Shown here in pieces: positions 1-40,333 of a stretch of 64,000 nt of DNA (the first letter of the stretch is position 1; every line of letters starts with the position of its first letter). Location of the stretch: NCBI RefSeq assembly GCF_009914755.1, contig NC_060939.1; one strand, given 5' to 3'. The notes under the pieces were generated by a model that saw nothing but the letters and a program-made list of their open reading frames with translations, did no database searches and was not told the origin of the DNA. The translations under genes were made by a program, and so were the position numbers. Origin of the DNA: the human T2T-CHM13v2.0 reference genome, Homo sapiens.

Positions 1-2800
<2,800 letters not shown>

Positions 2801-2815
2801 TTTATACATTTTGCT

Positions 2816-3121
<306 letters not shown>

Positions 3122-3395
3122 TACATTTTTCTCTTTATTCTATCTAGGATTAGTTTTGACATATGATATGCATAACATTTATGGCAAAGACCAAGGAAGG
3201 TATATTATTAATAGTAGGAAGTGAAAAAATACTGGTGGAGAGAGACAGAAAATATGGTTTATGTGTAAGTCTCATATCTACCTAGGGCTACAACAATGTG
3301 CTAAACATTGTTTAGAAGCAAAAAGGAGATGGTGGGTAGAATGAAGCGTCTGCCACAGTGTCTCCACTCCACACAGTAAATACAAAGGCGACTCA

Positions 3396-3566
<171 letters not shown>

Positions 3567-3941
3567 CTAAAGTTTAAGCACAGACCAGATTATTACTTAT
3601 GAGATATAGGAGGATTAGATAATATATTTCCTCAACAAAAAGATGCTAAAACATTCAGTTCACTGCTGTATCCTCATGTCTAAAACAGCACCTGGTACAC
3701 AAAAGATGCTCAGTAAATGTATGTTCACCAAGTGCCTAGCAAACAGTCACAGGCAATGAGGTATCTGAAAGTATATGTTAGTTGAGCCATACCAGAAAAT
3801 ACTTATGGCAACACTGTAAGACAGCCAGAATTTTAATTAACGTTTAGGGCAAAGCTTTCTGACATATGGACCAAGGACCTAGCAAATCCAAACTGCAGCT
3901 AATTTCCCACAAAAGATGAGCATTTGATAAGCAGTTTGTGA

Positions 3942-4300
<359 letters not shown>

Positions 4301-4789
4301 ACTGGTGGTGTTTCTTATGGGTACATTCCAAATGTTATCTCAGTGCACATACTGAGATCTATTTAGAATGTACATATATACATACACATACATATTTTGA
4401 TATCCTGTTCCCCTAGATCTTACACTTATACATCCTGGTAGCACTGCTTCCTTTTTTCAGTCATTCGTGTTAATCCTCATATCATTAAGCTAAAGGAATC
4501 TACACACCTGTTGCCTATATAGCAAACACATTTTCCTGGTCCATCATCTAACTTTTTAATTTTCACTGACTCTAGCAATTTTAAATATTTTCATGGTATT
4601 CATTCAGACATCATGTTCTTCAAATTTCTTAAGCTTTCATTGTTCATAAACATAATTAGTTTATTAACAAATTCAAATTCAAAACTCAAAAGTTCATTCT
4701 TTTGAGAGTAATAAGCATCAGATAATACTAAGTGTGAGGCAGTGGAAAAGTGTTGCTCTCCTTAATAACTTGAACTCTGTAATCAATCA

Positions 4790-5262
4790 CTTGTCAGGGA
4801 AAATACCTCCTCCAGTACTTCCCCATATTCACTTCATCCCTCCTCTATTATGTAGCTGCTATGCAAGTGACCCCATTACCAACTCCAGCATTGGGACCTG
4901 AACAGTCCAAGACCACTGGTGTAATCCCAACCCCCTTTGCCACAGGCAAAGGTGATCGTTCAGGGAGTAAAACACAGGACCCTTCTGTGCTGGTGGGAGG
5001 GAAAAAGAGACTCCAGTGGCTCCTGACATTTACCCTGTAAGCAGGAGGGGAACTAGCTTTCAGGAAGAGGTGATACCAGAGAAGGCAGAGTAGGGAGACA
5101 AAAAGAAATTAAGTCCCCAGTGACCTTGCTGAGCTTCTGGATTAAATGCATCTAAAGTCAATCTCAGGCCCACCCCTTCCTTCAGACAGCCAACAAATTC
5201 CCTTTATTGTTTAAAAAAGTATAAACTGGATTTTCCAAAACCTGCAACCAAAAACATTCTAC
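4790..5262 (+). mobile_element. Degenerate ERVL/MaLR-type LTR (LTR16/LTR33-like)
   Basis: 3' end aaattccctttattgtttaa...cctgcaaccaaaa resembles these families. Boundaries uncertain. Confidence 0.4.
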
Positions 5263-5273
5263 ATGTTCTATCA

Positions 5274-5486
<213 letters not shown>

Positions 5487-5672
5487 TCAGAACTATTATA
5501 CAATACAGTAGTCCCTAGATTAAACCAAAAGTAGATCCCTTAAATCTTAGTTCCCCTATCAGACTACTACAATTTTCAATACCCATCTTCACTATGAAGA
5601 CTGCATGATAAGCAAAGGCAGAGAAGGCCTTTCACTTAGGAAAAAGATAGATAATTATATAATGAGCTTTTG

Positions 5673-6440
<768 letters not shown>

Positions 6441-6659
6441 CCAGTCAATCAATCAGATAGATGAGAATAAGAATCTGAAAGACCAGGATTTGAGGTTTTA
6501 AGAATATCAGAACTGTTGATCAAGGCAATCCTCTTGGTGATAAACCCCTCCCCATTCTCCTATTCTATAAATATATTTAAGTAGGTTTAAATCCTGGCTT
6601 TAATATTTACAAGGCTTTTAATTCTGTGGTTAACTTAAATAAAACTGAACAGCAAATAC

Positions 6660-6715
6660 CTGAAGAATTCTTTGATCCTTTTATGGAGGAGATCACAGTC
6701 TGAGTTTCTGCCACA
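6660..6715 (-). CDS. ZNF106: ZNF106 exon 12, (S)VAETQTVISSIKGSKNSS
   Basis: ttttgtag| ... CAG|gtattt, 56 nt, phase 2 to 1. Confidence 0.92.
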
Positions 6716-7079
6716 CTACAAAATAATAGCAAAAGTGTTCTCAGCATCTGTGTGAACAGGGCAGGTAGTAAAAGTAAAAATTTCTGACTCAAAGGATTTT
6801 TCTAAACAATGGGCAAAGTAGCAATGATATAAGAGATTAGATTTTCCATCTGAAATTTCTTAATGAAGGGAAATAAAAGCAGAGTGAATATTTATAACAC
6901 AGTCAAAAGAGAAAGCAGAAAATCTCTACTGCTGAGCTTTAATTTTTCCATATCCACAATCTCTACTGCATTCACATAAAGTTTGGTTTTTAAAGAAATT
7001 CTGATTCATAATTTCAAATTCTATTTAAAAAAATAAAGTTGGTGAAAGTTGTTCTGACTGGACCAATACAATATTCTTA

Positions 7080-7973
<894 letters not shown>

Positions 7974-8659
7974 TCAGCTGGTATCTCACCCCTCAGTTTC
8001 CCATCACCTACATACACTCCTATGACAACACTTACTACCCTCTGCCTTGCGTGAATCTCACAAACACTGTGTGTCTTATTCCCTACAAAAGCTCCTTGTG
8101 GGGAGGGATTGTTTCTATCAATCTTTTTTCTTGTTTTAAATGTCCACACATTTAACATTGTGGTTTATTCTTAGTAGACACTTAAATGTCTACTTAGCTG
8201 AAGTCCTTTTACTTTTATTTCTTTGAAGTTTTCATTATCCACACCCATCCAATTTAGCTACAGCTTAGTAGTTAAAAAAATTTGCTGACTTAGAAATGTC
8301 AATTTCCTTTGACTTAGTTACTTCATGTCTAGGAATTAAAAGTGATGAAATAATCACAGATGTACTCAAAGACATATACAATGCAGTGTTACACAGAATA
8401 TGAAAAAAGTTAGAAAACTAAATATTCAAAAAAGATTCACCACATAAATTATTGTTTAGCCAGATTATGCAACTATTCAAATATTATGCAACTTGTAATA
8501 TAAAATACTTTAGATAAATTATTTTTACAACAGAAAAATCATTATATATTAAATGGAAAAAGTCAGGTTATATATGACTGCTCCTTTGTACAAGTTCTAC
8601 ATGTAAACACAAAAATATGATTTAAGAAAGATTGAAATAATATGTAATACGAAAAATAA

Positions 8660-9398
<739 letters not shown>

Positions 9399-10111
9399 AG
9401 CTATATATTTGATACTAACATCTAGATTAATATTGCAACATAGTACTGGTAGTAAAATCTAGAGTAATTTTTTAAACTTTTTGCTTTTGCTCAGGAAACC
9501 ACACAATGCCAGTTTGTTGGACTTAATTTTCAAATACAGCACCACTGTGGTAATGCAAACTTCTAACAGGATTTTACATAGCTTAGACGTATTCTCAAAT
9601 GATAACCAGGTAAGTGTTATTTTTTGAAAAGAGTGAAAACCCTGGCTATTTCTCAACAGCAAGTTCTTAGTAGATGATTCCAAACCCCATCATGGCCACC
9701 TGCCTCTCACGCTTATATTAATCCTGGTTTGTATTTGAGATTATATAGACAGTAAGTGCAAAGAAATTCAGAGGATAGACCTTATTCAGAAAATTGGCTG
9801 AATTAACTTCAACCCCATTTATTTCACACGAAACAAATTTTGTACTTATCCTAATAAATGGAACCTTGTGGGTGCTAATACAAAGTCAACTCTAACCCTA
9901 GATTAGAGGAAATGAAAGAAAATGACTGATATTTAAATTACATTCTCTAAAATATTTTAAAAGAATCCTCCTGTATATATGAAGAGAATTCCAGTGACAA
10001 ATTAGTTGTACTTGCTCATTTTAGTTTTAATGAGCAAGTATGGCTTATATCACTCATATAAAAATGCCCCAGTCTCACTACTGGGATGCCCTTAACCCAG
10101 AGAAAAGCTTA

Positions 10112-10537
<426 letters not shown>

Positions 10538-10657
10538 TTAAACATTAGAAAAGAATTATAAATAAGTATATTAGTATAGTCCCTCATAATTCTCCGAAAT
10601 ATGGAGAATATAATCTCTACAACCACCAAGGATACAGAGAGAATAGGCATCAACATT

Positions 10658-11209
<552 letters not shown>

Positions 11210-11224
11210 CAACATTCCAATTTT

Positions 11225-12226
<1,002 letters not shown>

Positions 12227-12245
12227 TCAGATGCCCTCTGAATAC

Positions 12246-12306
12246 CTTGTAATCCCTGTAGAATCTGTATTCTATGGGTCCTCAGTGCACTCATCTCCAT
12301 AGTTAT
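12246..12306 (-). CDS. ZNF106: ZNF106 exon 9, [20 protein letters not shown]
   Basis: tttttag| ... AAG|gtattc, 61 nt, phase 0 to 1, bridges exons 8 and 10 in frame. Confidence 0.92.
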
Positions 12307-12347
12307 CTAAAAATAAAGTATTTTATTAAGCATTTTGAAATCCAACT

Positions 12348-13038
<691 letters not shown>

Positions 13039-13559
13039 TCATAAGGTTCAGGTTAATACGAGAGATTTCCCTCTCATCACACAGCTCAGAAGACTAAACT
13101 ATACCCATTATTTAGGATAAGACTTTATGTTCTCCTCAGTAGGTCATTGGAAATTCATAAAACATTTAGTCAAGCACAATGATATCAAAGCTAGGAACCA
13201 AAAGTGAGAACTGCTAAGATGGAGGTATCTCATAAGCTCCAGTGTACCATCACATCATTCTGTCTCATCTAATCACCGCCTTCTACCACCACCTTTCCAG
13301 GTGAAATCTGTCCCATGCAAACCACCTGTTCTAGGACTCGTTTCCCATTCTTCCTTTATCTACCACTGTCTTCACACAGGACTTTTGCTTAGATTGGACT
13401 CTAGACCTAGACTGCTTGCACTCTCTTTCCAATCCATATTTAGTCTGTTAGTTGACTTAAAAATTGTTTTTATTAGAGAAGACTTCCTGAAGAAAATACA
13501 GCTTTGAAATAGTACATTTAACTTAGTTTGAATAAAATGTTCTGTGTATGTATTTACCA

Positions 13560-13860
13560 TCATTGTGTTTGTCTGTTTCCTATTCAATATGCCAGGACCT
13601 CTCCCTTAAGCTCCACACCCACATATCCAACTACTGACTATGATATTTCTAGCTAGGTTATCTCAAAGGTCCTTTAAGTCAAAGAATCCCTGAGGGAATT
13701 CATCATCTTTCTCTATTCTCAATCTGCTCCTCTCATGGAGTTTTCTAGCTCTACATATGCTCCATCTGGTTGGCCCAGCCAGAAATGTGGGTTGTCCTTG
13801 ACTCCTCCCTTATCCATCACATCCACTCACTCAAGCCTCATCCAATCACTTCCAGGACTA
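13560..13860 (+). mobile_element. L2 fragment
   Basis: Pyrimidine-rich, L2-like acatatccaact...ccttgactcctcc. Confidence 0.55.
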
Positions 13861-14227
13861 GCCCTTATACTAGAACTGGGTTAGAGTCAAGGAAAAGCAA
13901 GAATCACAGAAATACATCAATGAGGGAGCAATGTTAATAACTTCTTTCCATAATTCACTTTAGAAAAGCAACCAAGGAAGGGAGTGTGGAGGTGGGGCAG
14001 CGGGGAAGCAACCAAGATGCCTCAAAAACTGAAAGTGAGAGAAATGGCTATACATGACCAAGAGGGCCAACACATTTCATCCCACTGAAAAGGCTCAAGG
14101 AAACTTCCTGGCTTTATATTGTCCAAGTGGTATACTAACCTTGGCTTACAAGTCTATGTGACATCATATATTTCTTCTACAGTTGTTAACTGGATGTATT
14201 AGGAAATCAAACTTTTCTTTCCTCTTA

Positions 14228-15400
<1,173 letters not shown>

Positions 15401-16016
15401 ATTTTAAAATATTATAAAATAAATAAATAAATAATGAAGAGAAGAACCCATTTTTTTTCACATTGCCAGATCCCAGACTGTATCACTACCAGCAACTCTT
15501 TCTTTTCAGAAAGGGATACTGAGAGGGTTAAGCCAATATTAGCGGCAGAAATGCCGGAAGAGCAGAAGTGGTATCAGTGAAATAAAAGACTCTTAAAGGC
15601 CAGGGTGGGTAACTGAAGGACGAAGGACAGAGTTACACAGACTAAAAATATTTCTATACTCTGCTCATATATATGCACTCTAATAGTATTAAAACCATCT
15701 TAGTGTTAAGCCTATCACTCCTGAATCCAGCAATCATCCATGCCCTACAAGTGCAACAGTAGAACGCCTTTCTTCAGTAGCAGTGCAGAACGCATCTATG
15801 AAAACAGATTGGGTTACAGCTGAATATGTGACTTATCCTTGGTCAGGTGATACAAAGAATCATTGGCTTGGACACTGGTTTTAGATATGACTTCATATTT
15901 TCCTGGTACTGTACATTCATATTAGATTACATTTAATTTAGCAGAATTACTCAGTGTAAGAAACCAGTAGGATGAAAGTAAGAACCTCACAATTCTTCTA
16001 GAAGTTGAGAGAATCA

Positions 16017-16844
<828 letters not shown>

Positions 16845-17771
16845 TTATAAAAAGTAAGGTGGCTCTTGCCTTCAAGGGGCTCACAGTCTAGTCAGTGGTA
16901 CAGATATAAATATATTACGTTGTCACAAGTACCAGATTAGAGGTTTGTATACAGCTATAATAATATATTTGAGGGAGTAAAAATTGAGTTTTGTTTCATA
17001 TGGAGCGCTAAATCTATAATAATACATACAGCATATAATTTTTAAAAGCAAACAAACCAAAACAAAAAAAAAAACCCTTTTACTGAGCACTTACAAGTGC
17101 TTTATACTTACAATTTCAAATGCTACTCACAAGGTGTGGGAAAGGAAAGTGGGGGGAAATAAACCCATTATTTCAACAAGTACAGAAATGCCCCTGAAGC
17201 CTGGAGAACTGTATCATCATGCAGCAGAGTTATGACTTTCAAGTAGCAAACTTACGTTGAACACTGTTTTAGCATTCAGAAAAGTCTAGTACCTCAACAT
17301 AAGATGAAGAGCCAAAATATTACACAAGCGCTTAAGAGAAAGCATGTTGTAGTCATAAAGATAATGCCCAGAGTACATACAGAAAAGTTAACTATTCGTA
17401 GGTTCTAAGTAAAAGGTAATGAGAACAGTTGTATTTAAAAGTTATAGCACGCATTCCAAAATTAAGATCTAGAAAAAGACAGAGATCTATAGCTCTACAT
17501 TTTTATGCTGTCATTTTCTACCCCTATAAAGTGACGGATTTTACCCCTGTAAAGCCATGACTTTTTTCCTACGTCACCACCTTGTTTCTCAAGTAGGTGT
17601 GCTTCCATTTTAACCTGCACTCTCTGCTAGGAAATACTTTATTCCATCTGTCATAGAGTATCAGTCACTATTTGATATTAAATCAAGACATCTACAACAG
17701 ATATTGTTGGCAAACATTTAATTAAATGAAACACGTAGAATTCTCTTGATCAGGGTCAAAGGGTTACTTTA

Positions 17772-20045
<2,274 letters not shown>

Positions 20046-20284
20046 CTACCTTGAAAGGCATAACCCACCAAACTTCCCTTGTACTTTCCTCCCGTTACTT
20101 AGAATATGTAACCGAGTCTGGTTTTATATCTAATAGTGGTTGTTTTCATATCTTTAAATGATATATTTAAACGTATATTCCTCAACTTATTAATTTAAAA
20201 ATAAAACATTTTAAATTACTTAAATTTCAAGTAATTACAACCATCTCCCCCATCACTCAGAAATATTAAAAATTTGGCACATTT

Positions 20285-22954
<2,670 letters not shown>

Positions 22955-23226
22955 GAAGTAGATGATTTTATAAATAGGTCATCAAGGAGGCACATCAAAA
23001 GACTCAAAAAATAGTAACTATGATACAAATGTCTAATCTATTCTGACTTAATGTTTAATTATTTACACAGATAAAGCTAATAATGGCACTAGTATGTAAG
23101 AACAAAATAGAAGTCTCCCAGAGGCTCCAACTGCCTAAAGCAGGATAAAGTAAACTGCAACTATATTAAAAGTAATGAAAATGTCATTTGAAGGACTAAG
23201 CTACTAAATGATTTAAGAACCATGTG

Positions 23227-23540
23227 GTTTGAGTGTCCCGTATCTGAAATGCTTGGGACCAGAAAGGTTTTGCATTTCAAACTGCTTTGGATTTTGGAAT
23301 ATTTTTGCATATACATAATGGGATATTACGGGAATGGGACCCAAGTCTAAACATAAAATTCATTTATGTTTCATATACACCTTTTATACACAGTCTGATG
23401 ATAATTTTAGGTAATATTTTGAATAATTTTGTAAAATGAAATGAGGTGTGGAATTTTCCACTGGTGGCCTCATGTTGGCACTCAAATGTTTTGGATTTTG
23501 GTGCATTTTCAGACTTTGGATTAGGGATGCTCACCCTTTA
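23227..23540. mobile_element. Tigger4 (Zombi/MER46)-family DNA transposon
   Basis: tatctgaaatgcttgggaccagaa...ttggattagggatgctca. Confidence 0.75.
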
Positions 23541-24409
23541 CTGATATTTTAAGATGAAGAAAGTCTCCTTCAAGGAATTGTTCAAAAAACTTTTTTTTAA
23601 TTTTAATTTTTTGTTGTTGTTATTACATAGATAAGGGCTTCCTATGTTGCCCAGGCTGGTCTTAAAGCCCTGGCCTCGTCTCCTCATGCACCAGGACAAT
23701 AGGCCTGAGCCACCGTTCCTCCCGGCAAAAAAACTTTTAACATATAGAGTAAAAACAACTTCCTTTTTATAGTTAAGCCTCTGACTAAAAAGGAGGTACA
23801 GACGGGGTATAACTAGTATTCAAAGAAGAATCTTTAAATTTTTATTTTAGAATCTGAAATGATTCTCTTCATGTTCTGGGACTTAAAAAATTATCCCACC
23901 TCATAAGTGCTTCTCTCTCTCTTTCCCTCACATTGAAAATTTCTACCTCATTAATTAAACTCTTTTTAACAAATTTTATAATTAAACTCTTTAGACCAGA
24001 AAGCAGTAAGGTAAAAACATAAATGCCTAATACCTGAATGTATAAATGTAGGTATGAAATTATGCAGTACAAATTAGAAAATTTATATTGCTTAAATTAT
24101 CTTGACACTTATCAAAAAAAATTTATTCAAGAAAGCACTGTGGTAGTCACTGGGGATTCAAAGACAAAAAGATAAATCAAATTTGGCAGAAGCAACACGT
24201 TAATTCACACCAGTCAAAAAATATTTTCCTAAGAAATGTTATTTGGCAGTAAGACTATACTATATACTATAGACTACACTGTTATTTTGGCGATACGACT
24301 ATACTATATACTATACGATTTATACAATGAAGCTTATATTCTAACACCTTTCCACTGGAAAATTTAAACGCCAAATAAAAACTTATTGGTATTCAAAAGA
24401 TTTGGATAC

Positions 24410-24714
<305 letters not shown>

Positions 24715-25000
24715 GATTTGGATACCAATAAAGCCATTCTCAACATAGTTACCAACATGGCAAAAATTTCAGATATGTAGCTACAGCTTATGTAGGAACA
24801 ATACTAAGTTTGCTTTTTTAAGAAGATATTACAGTAGTTCAAGAAAACATTCCATTGCCCTTTGATTAGTAAGACAACAACCTCAAGCTAAACTTTATAC
24901 CTAAGTTTAAATGCCATGGGCTGACCAGTACAAAGATATAAAATATATTCTCTGCTGTGTTCTGTTATAGATAGGCTTTTTTTAAAAAATCAATTACTTA

Positions 25001-26130
<1,130 letters not shown>

Positions 26131-26468
26131 CACCATAGTTACAAGACAGCAGTATCCATTCAACAATCCAAATTGGCTTAACTCTGTATCATGTGTCCTG
26201 GATTTAGACTAGTTATATTTTTGCACTTCCTATGCCAATCTATTAAAAAAAAAACCAACAACCCAAAAGGACATGCCGTCTTTGTCCAGACAGAACACAT
26301 ACACACACGTGCACCTCTGTTCCATCTTTCCCTCACAAATACCTAACTAGACATAGGCAGAATTTACATCAACCAGAAGAGACCCTCAAAACTGGGCACT
26401 TCATTTACTAGAGGACAGTTACTGTTACAGATCACCTGAATATTCATTCAAGGAAAAAAAAAAAAAAA

Positions 26469-28920
<2,452 letters not shown>

Positions 28921-30343
28921 TTAACACTAAAAATAATTTTTCAAAAACCAAATCCCTAACATTTTTCTTATAAATAAAATCCAGTTTAAAATAGAAACTT
29001 TGCAAGAAACTTCAAAAAAAAACTTTATAAGAAACTTCAAAAAGAGAAACTTCAAAAAGTGTGTAGGGGTAATATGGTTACCTCCACACACATCTGCGTT
29101 TTCAGGAGATGTGGTTATACTACCCTGTTCTTTCTCTATGTAGCCACATCTTCTGAAAATTCAAGTGTGTGTGGAGTAAGCATATTACCTCTATTACCTC
29201 TGTTCTCTACACAACAGGCATTCATGCTTCAACATAGTGTTTGGGAAACCATGTTTTAAAAGCCTAATAGCAAGTTAATATTTTAATGAGGTTACTTGAT
29301 AATTATTTATTAACAATCAGTTAAAATACTTACTATACTGTGTGAATAAATAAAATAATCACGGGGGAAATGTACAGCTTTGCTCCTTGGCTAGCAAAGG
29401 CAATAATTTTCCTTAGGGCATTTAAAGGAGGGCCTAAATTAGCTTCATCCTGTTACCACACAATTTCCTCTCATGTGTGAAACACAAAGTCTTAAGATAC
29501 TCTCTCCATAAGCTTTTCTTTATTAAGCTTGCTCTAACTACCCGACAACAGCTGCTGAATAAATAAAGGTTTGTGCCTTTTTAATAGTCTCTATCTGGAG
29601 ATGTTACTTACGGCCCACACATCTGAAGAAGTATATTAGGAAAAAATAGGGAAATGTTTCACATGTCCACAGCCATGAACCAAGTAAGACCAGTTACTTA
29701 TTGCTTATTCAAGCTTGCTGCAAAGCCTAAGTAACACATACTTTGCAATTCTTAACCAGATCACAACCAAAAACTGTAGACACAACTATAAAGAGAAAAA
29801 GAAAGTCTCAGTGTCAGAAACCCAGTAGTTAAAAATGAAATCCAGAGGAAATAATCACAAACTCAGGATAACAGGGTAAAGAAATAATGACTGATAATTA
29901 TTTGTCCCTATGGTACAAGCTGGTGAAGACCGTCCTTACAGTAAATGCTCCAAGTCCGTAAACAATTTTTGAGATTTTATGGGGTTTTCTATAATTTTGT
30001 AAGCTGGTTTTTCTTGCTACCTGTTTGTCTTCTCTCTTATATGTAACATGATTTGTTACAGGTCAGGAACACTATATCCAATATGTGAGTAAATAAGTAC
30101 TAAAGGCTATCCTCTAAAGAAAATGAGTTTGGGTGCGAAACCTGACATTCCCATTGGCAGCTCAGGGAGGCTTTTAGTGCCTTTTTCCTAATTATTTTAC
30201 TGTGATCCACATAATTTAAAATGGTAGATAAAATCTCCATAGCACAGTGTAGTTGCATGGGTGGAAAAGAACACATTACAGAACAAAACATAAATGACAA
30301 TGTGGTTCATTAAGTTAACATCACAAAACAAAATGTGTATCTA

Positions 30344-32698
<2,355 letters not shown>

Positions 32699-32775
32699 TA
32701 GCTGGGACTACAGGCACATACCACTATGCCCAGCTAATTTTGGGGGTTTTTTGTGGGGCAGGGGATAGAGACAGG

Positions 32776-33131
32776 TGATATGGTTTGGCTGTGTCCCCAC
32801 CCAAATCTCACCTTGAATTGCAATAATCCTCACATCTCAAGGGTAGGGCCAGGTGGAGATAACTGAATCATAGGGGCAGTTTCCCCCATACTGTTCTCAT
32901 GGTAGTGAATAAGTCTCAGGAGATCTGATGGTTTTATAAATGGGAATTCCCCTGCACAAGCTCTCTTGCCTGCTGCCATGTAAGATGTAACTCTGCTCCT
33001 CATTCACCTTCTGCCATGATTGTGAGGCCTCCCTAGCTACGTGGAACTCTGAGTCAATTAAACCTCTCTTCTTTATAAATTACCCAGTCTTGGGTATGTC
33101 TTTATTAGCAGCGTGAGAATAGACTAATACA
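32776..33131 (+). mobile_element. THE1-family (MaLR) solo LTR nested in a minus-strand AluJ (32567-32775 and 33132-33244)
   Basis: tgatatggtttggctgtgtccccacccaaatctca ... gactaataca, 356 bp. Confidence 0.92.
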
Positions 33132-33328
33132 ATGGGGTTTCCCCATATTGTCCAGGTTGGTCTTGAACTCCTGGGCTCAAGCAATCTGCCTGGCTCAGTT
33201 TTCCAAAATGCTCGGATTACAGGCATCAGCCACTGCACCTGGCCTACATTTCATTTTTTAAAGGTGTCCACTTATTAGATTTCCTTTCCTTAAACATCTC
33301 AAGCTTCAAATCACAGAATAGCATCCTT

Positions 33329-33620
33329 CTTTTTTTTTGAGACAGGGTCTCACTGTGTCACCCAGGCTGGAGGGCAGTGGCACAATCACAGCTCACTGTA
33401 GCCCTGACCTACCTAAGCTCAAGTGATCCTCCCAACCTTAGCCTCCTAAATAGCTGGGACCACAGGCTATTAGCTGCCACACCCACCTAATTTCTTTATT
33501 TGTAGAGACAAGGTCTTTCTACGTTGCCCAGGCTGGTCTCAAACTCCTGGGCTCAAGTAATCCTTCCACCCTGGGCTCCCAAAGTGTTGGGATTACAAGC
33601 GTGAGCCACTGCACCTGGCC
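33329..33620 (-). mobile_element. AluJ
   Basis: Alu consensus. Confidence 0.9.
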
Positions 33621-34096
33621 AGCATTCTTAAATACATTTAAGGTTTATATTTCAATTCTGTTTATACCAATGAGATTCAGTGCTATTTAGCAGACTTTGG
33701 ATGTCTCAGACAATTCCAGCAATACTAAACGTTTATGGCATGCAATAATTTGTAACACTGCTGAAGTAAAAATACAAAATGTCCTAGTTGCAAGGCTAGC
33801 ACGTAGGAATGAGAAAGCTTACTAATGAGAGAGTTAGCTCATCCCAACTCACCTTTGTTGCAATCTACTTGATAGGGCTGCTGTGAATTCACACATTTGA
33901 GATGCCCAAAGGTATCAGAGTTTATCCCTTTTGAATGCCAAAAATCTACTACACTTGGTATTAATTCTAAAAGGTTGTTCTACGCCATAAGACAACATTT
34001 GCTTATGACGGATTACTGCAAAACAAACTGACAGGCACCATCATCACTCAGATCCACCCACATTCACAAACTTATGGAAGAGAGCCGTTCCCATAC

Positions 34097-34158
34097 CTGC
34101 CCTTGAGGTTCTCAAGTTCCCTGTGATGCAACATGCTCCGCATGTGTTCGTCCATCTC
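34097..34158 (-). CDS. ZNF106: ZNF106 exon 3, EMDEHMRSMLHHRELENLKG(R) (completes C-x2-C-x12-H-x5-H finger 1)
   Basis: ttttgaag| ... CAG|gtatgg, 62 nt, phase 0 to 2, in frame with exons 2 and 4. Confidence 0.92.
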
Positions 34159-34896
34159 CTTCAAAATAAAAGAAAGTAGATTAAAACTAAGCAGGATTGC
34201 TTTGAAAAAAAAAAACTCCTCTGTTCCTCCTCAATCAAAAATTGGGGCTCAAACTCCTTATGTCAAAATGTGTTTTTGGTTATTCTCAATTTAATACTGA
34301 AATCAGTTCCTTAATAATTAACTGTGTTTTTTAATATATTTCATGTTTAAATAAAAAGAATTCTTAAAAAGACATATTTAAGTGGCTTTCCAAAAAGATT
34401 AGAAAGTATTATCTTTAGGAAGCAAAACACTTAAGAGTAAACTAAGTAAGTTAAATTCTATCCCATTATAAAGAATTTACTAAAGTTCATTTAAAAAAAA
34501 AACCTTTCAAATCACTCAACTTTTCAACTATTTGGCTTCTTTTATCCACAGTTTCTCAAGAGTAAGCTACAACTCTTACTTTATCCATGTCTTGGACAGG
34601 GCCTAGCATATAGTCATCAATAAGCATTTGTTGAATGAATATAGATGGATACATCAATTCTAGATAGGAGTTACAAACATAACAGAGCCTCTCTATGCTA
34701 GATAAGAAAGTTTTAAAAAAATACTTTGAACATAGCAGCTTAATCAATCCTTTATCTTCACTGTCCACTCCCTCACTTCCCCAGTGGATTTGTTTGGTTC
34801 CAATGAAAAGTTTGAACATTTATAGTAGGTTCCCTTCTTCCCATCCTTAGAGGGAAGAAAATATGTGGGAAAGCTGCCACTTAAAAACATGCACAC

Positions 34897-39785
<4,889 letters not shown>

Positions 39786-40279
39786 TTTTACTTTGAGCAA
39801 CATCCCCACCTTGTGGACATCTAGGATATTGTTAATACCATTTCTGCTGTGCTGCATTTTTCACAAGCATAGGCATAAACAGATTGTAGGTACATATAAT
39901 AGATGCTATATCCTTAGCTAATCAAAAAGTACATGATTTTAAAATTACAGAAAGCAGTATGACTTCAAATAACCTTGGAATTTTAAGGTATCTTCCCTAT
40001 AACTGGTTACTAAATTTCTGTGTCATCTAGTTTTGAATACGCTCAAATTCTGGATGGACAGAAGTTTAATAATACAGGTACTGGCTTTAGGAGGCAGTAA
40101 CGAGAAAGAAACCAGTGGAATGAGACTATGGTTTAGGAAAGAAAAGAAGCATAAATAAGACATTGTCAAAGCTTTTCCTATTAATAACATATGTCTATTA
40201 ATATTAATAACATCTATTAATAACATGTCTCTTTAAAAAATAGTCATAAAGCCTCAGATTCTCCCTCTTCCATTATTAC

Positions 40280-40333
40280 CTTTTTTGAGCTGTACACGAT
40301 GTGGCATAATATGCATTTTCGTTCTCGTACCAT
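40280..40333 (-). CDS. ZNF106: ZNF106 exon 2 coding part, MVRERKCILCHIVYSSKK (first half of zinc finger 1); exon spans 40280-40365
   Basis: Acceptor ttgcag| at 40366, strong Kozak ACTATGG, donor AAG|gtaata, 18 codons, phase 0. Too short for the ORF track. Confidence 0.92.
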
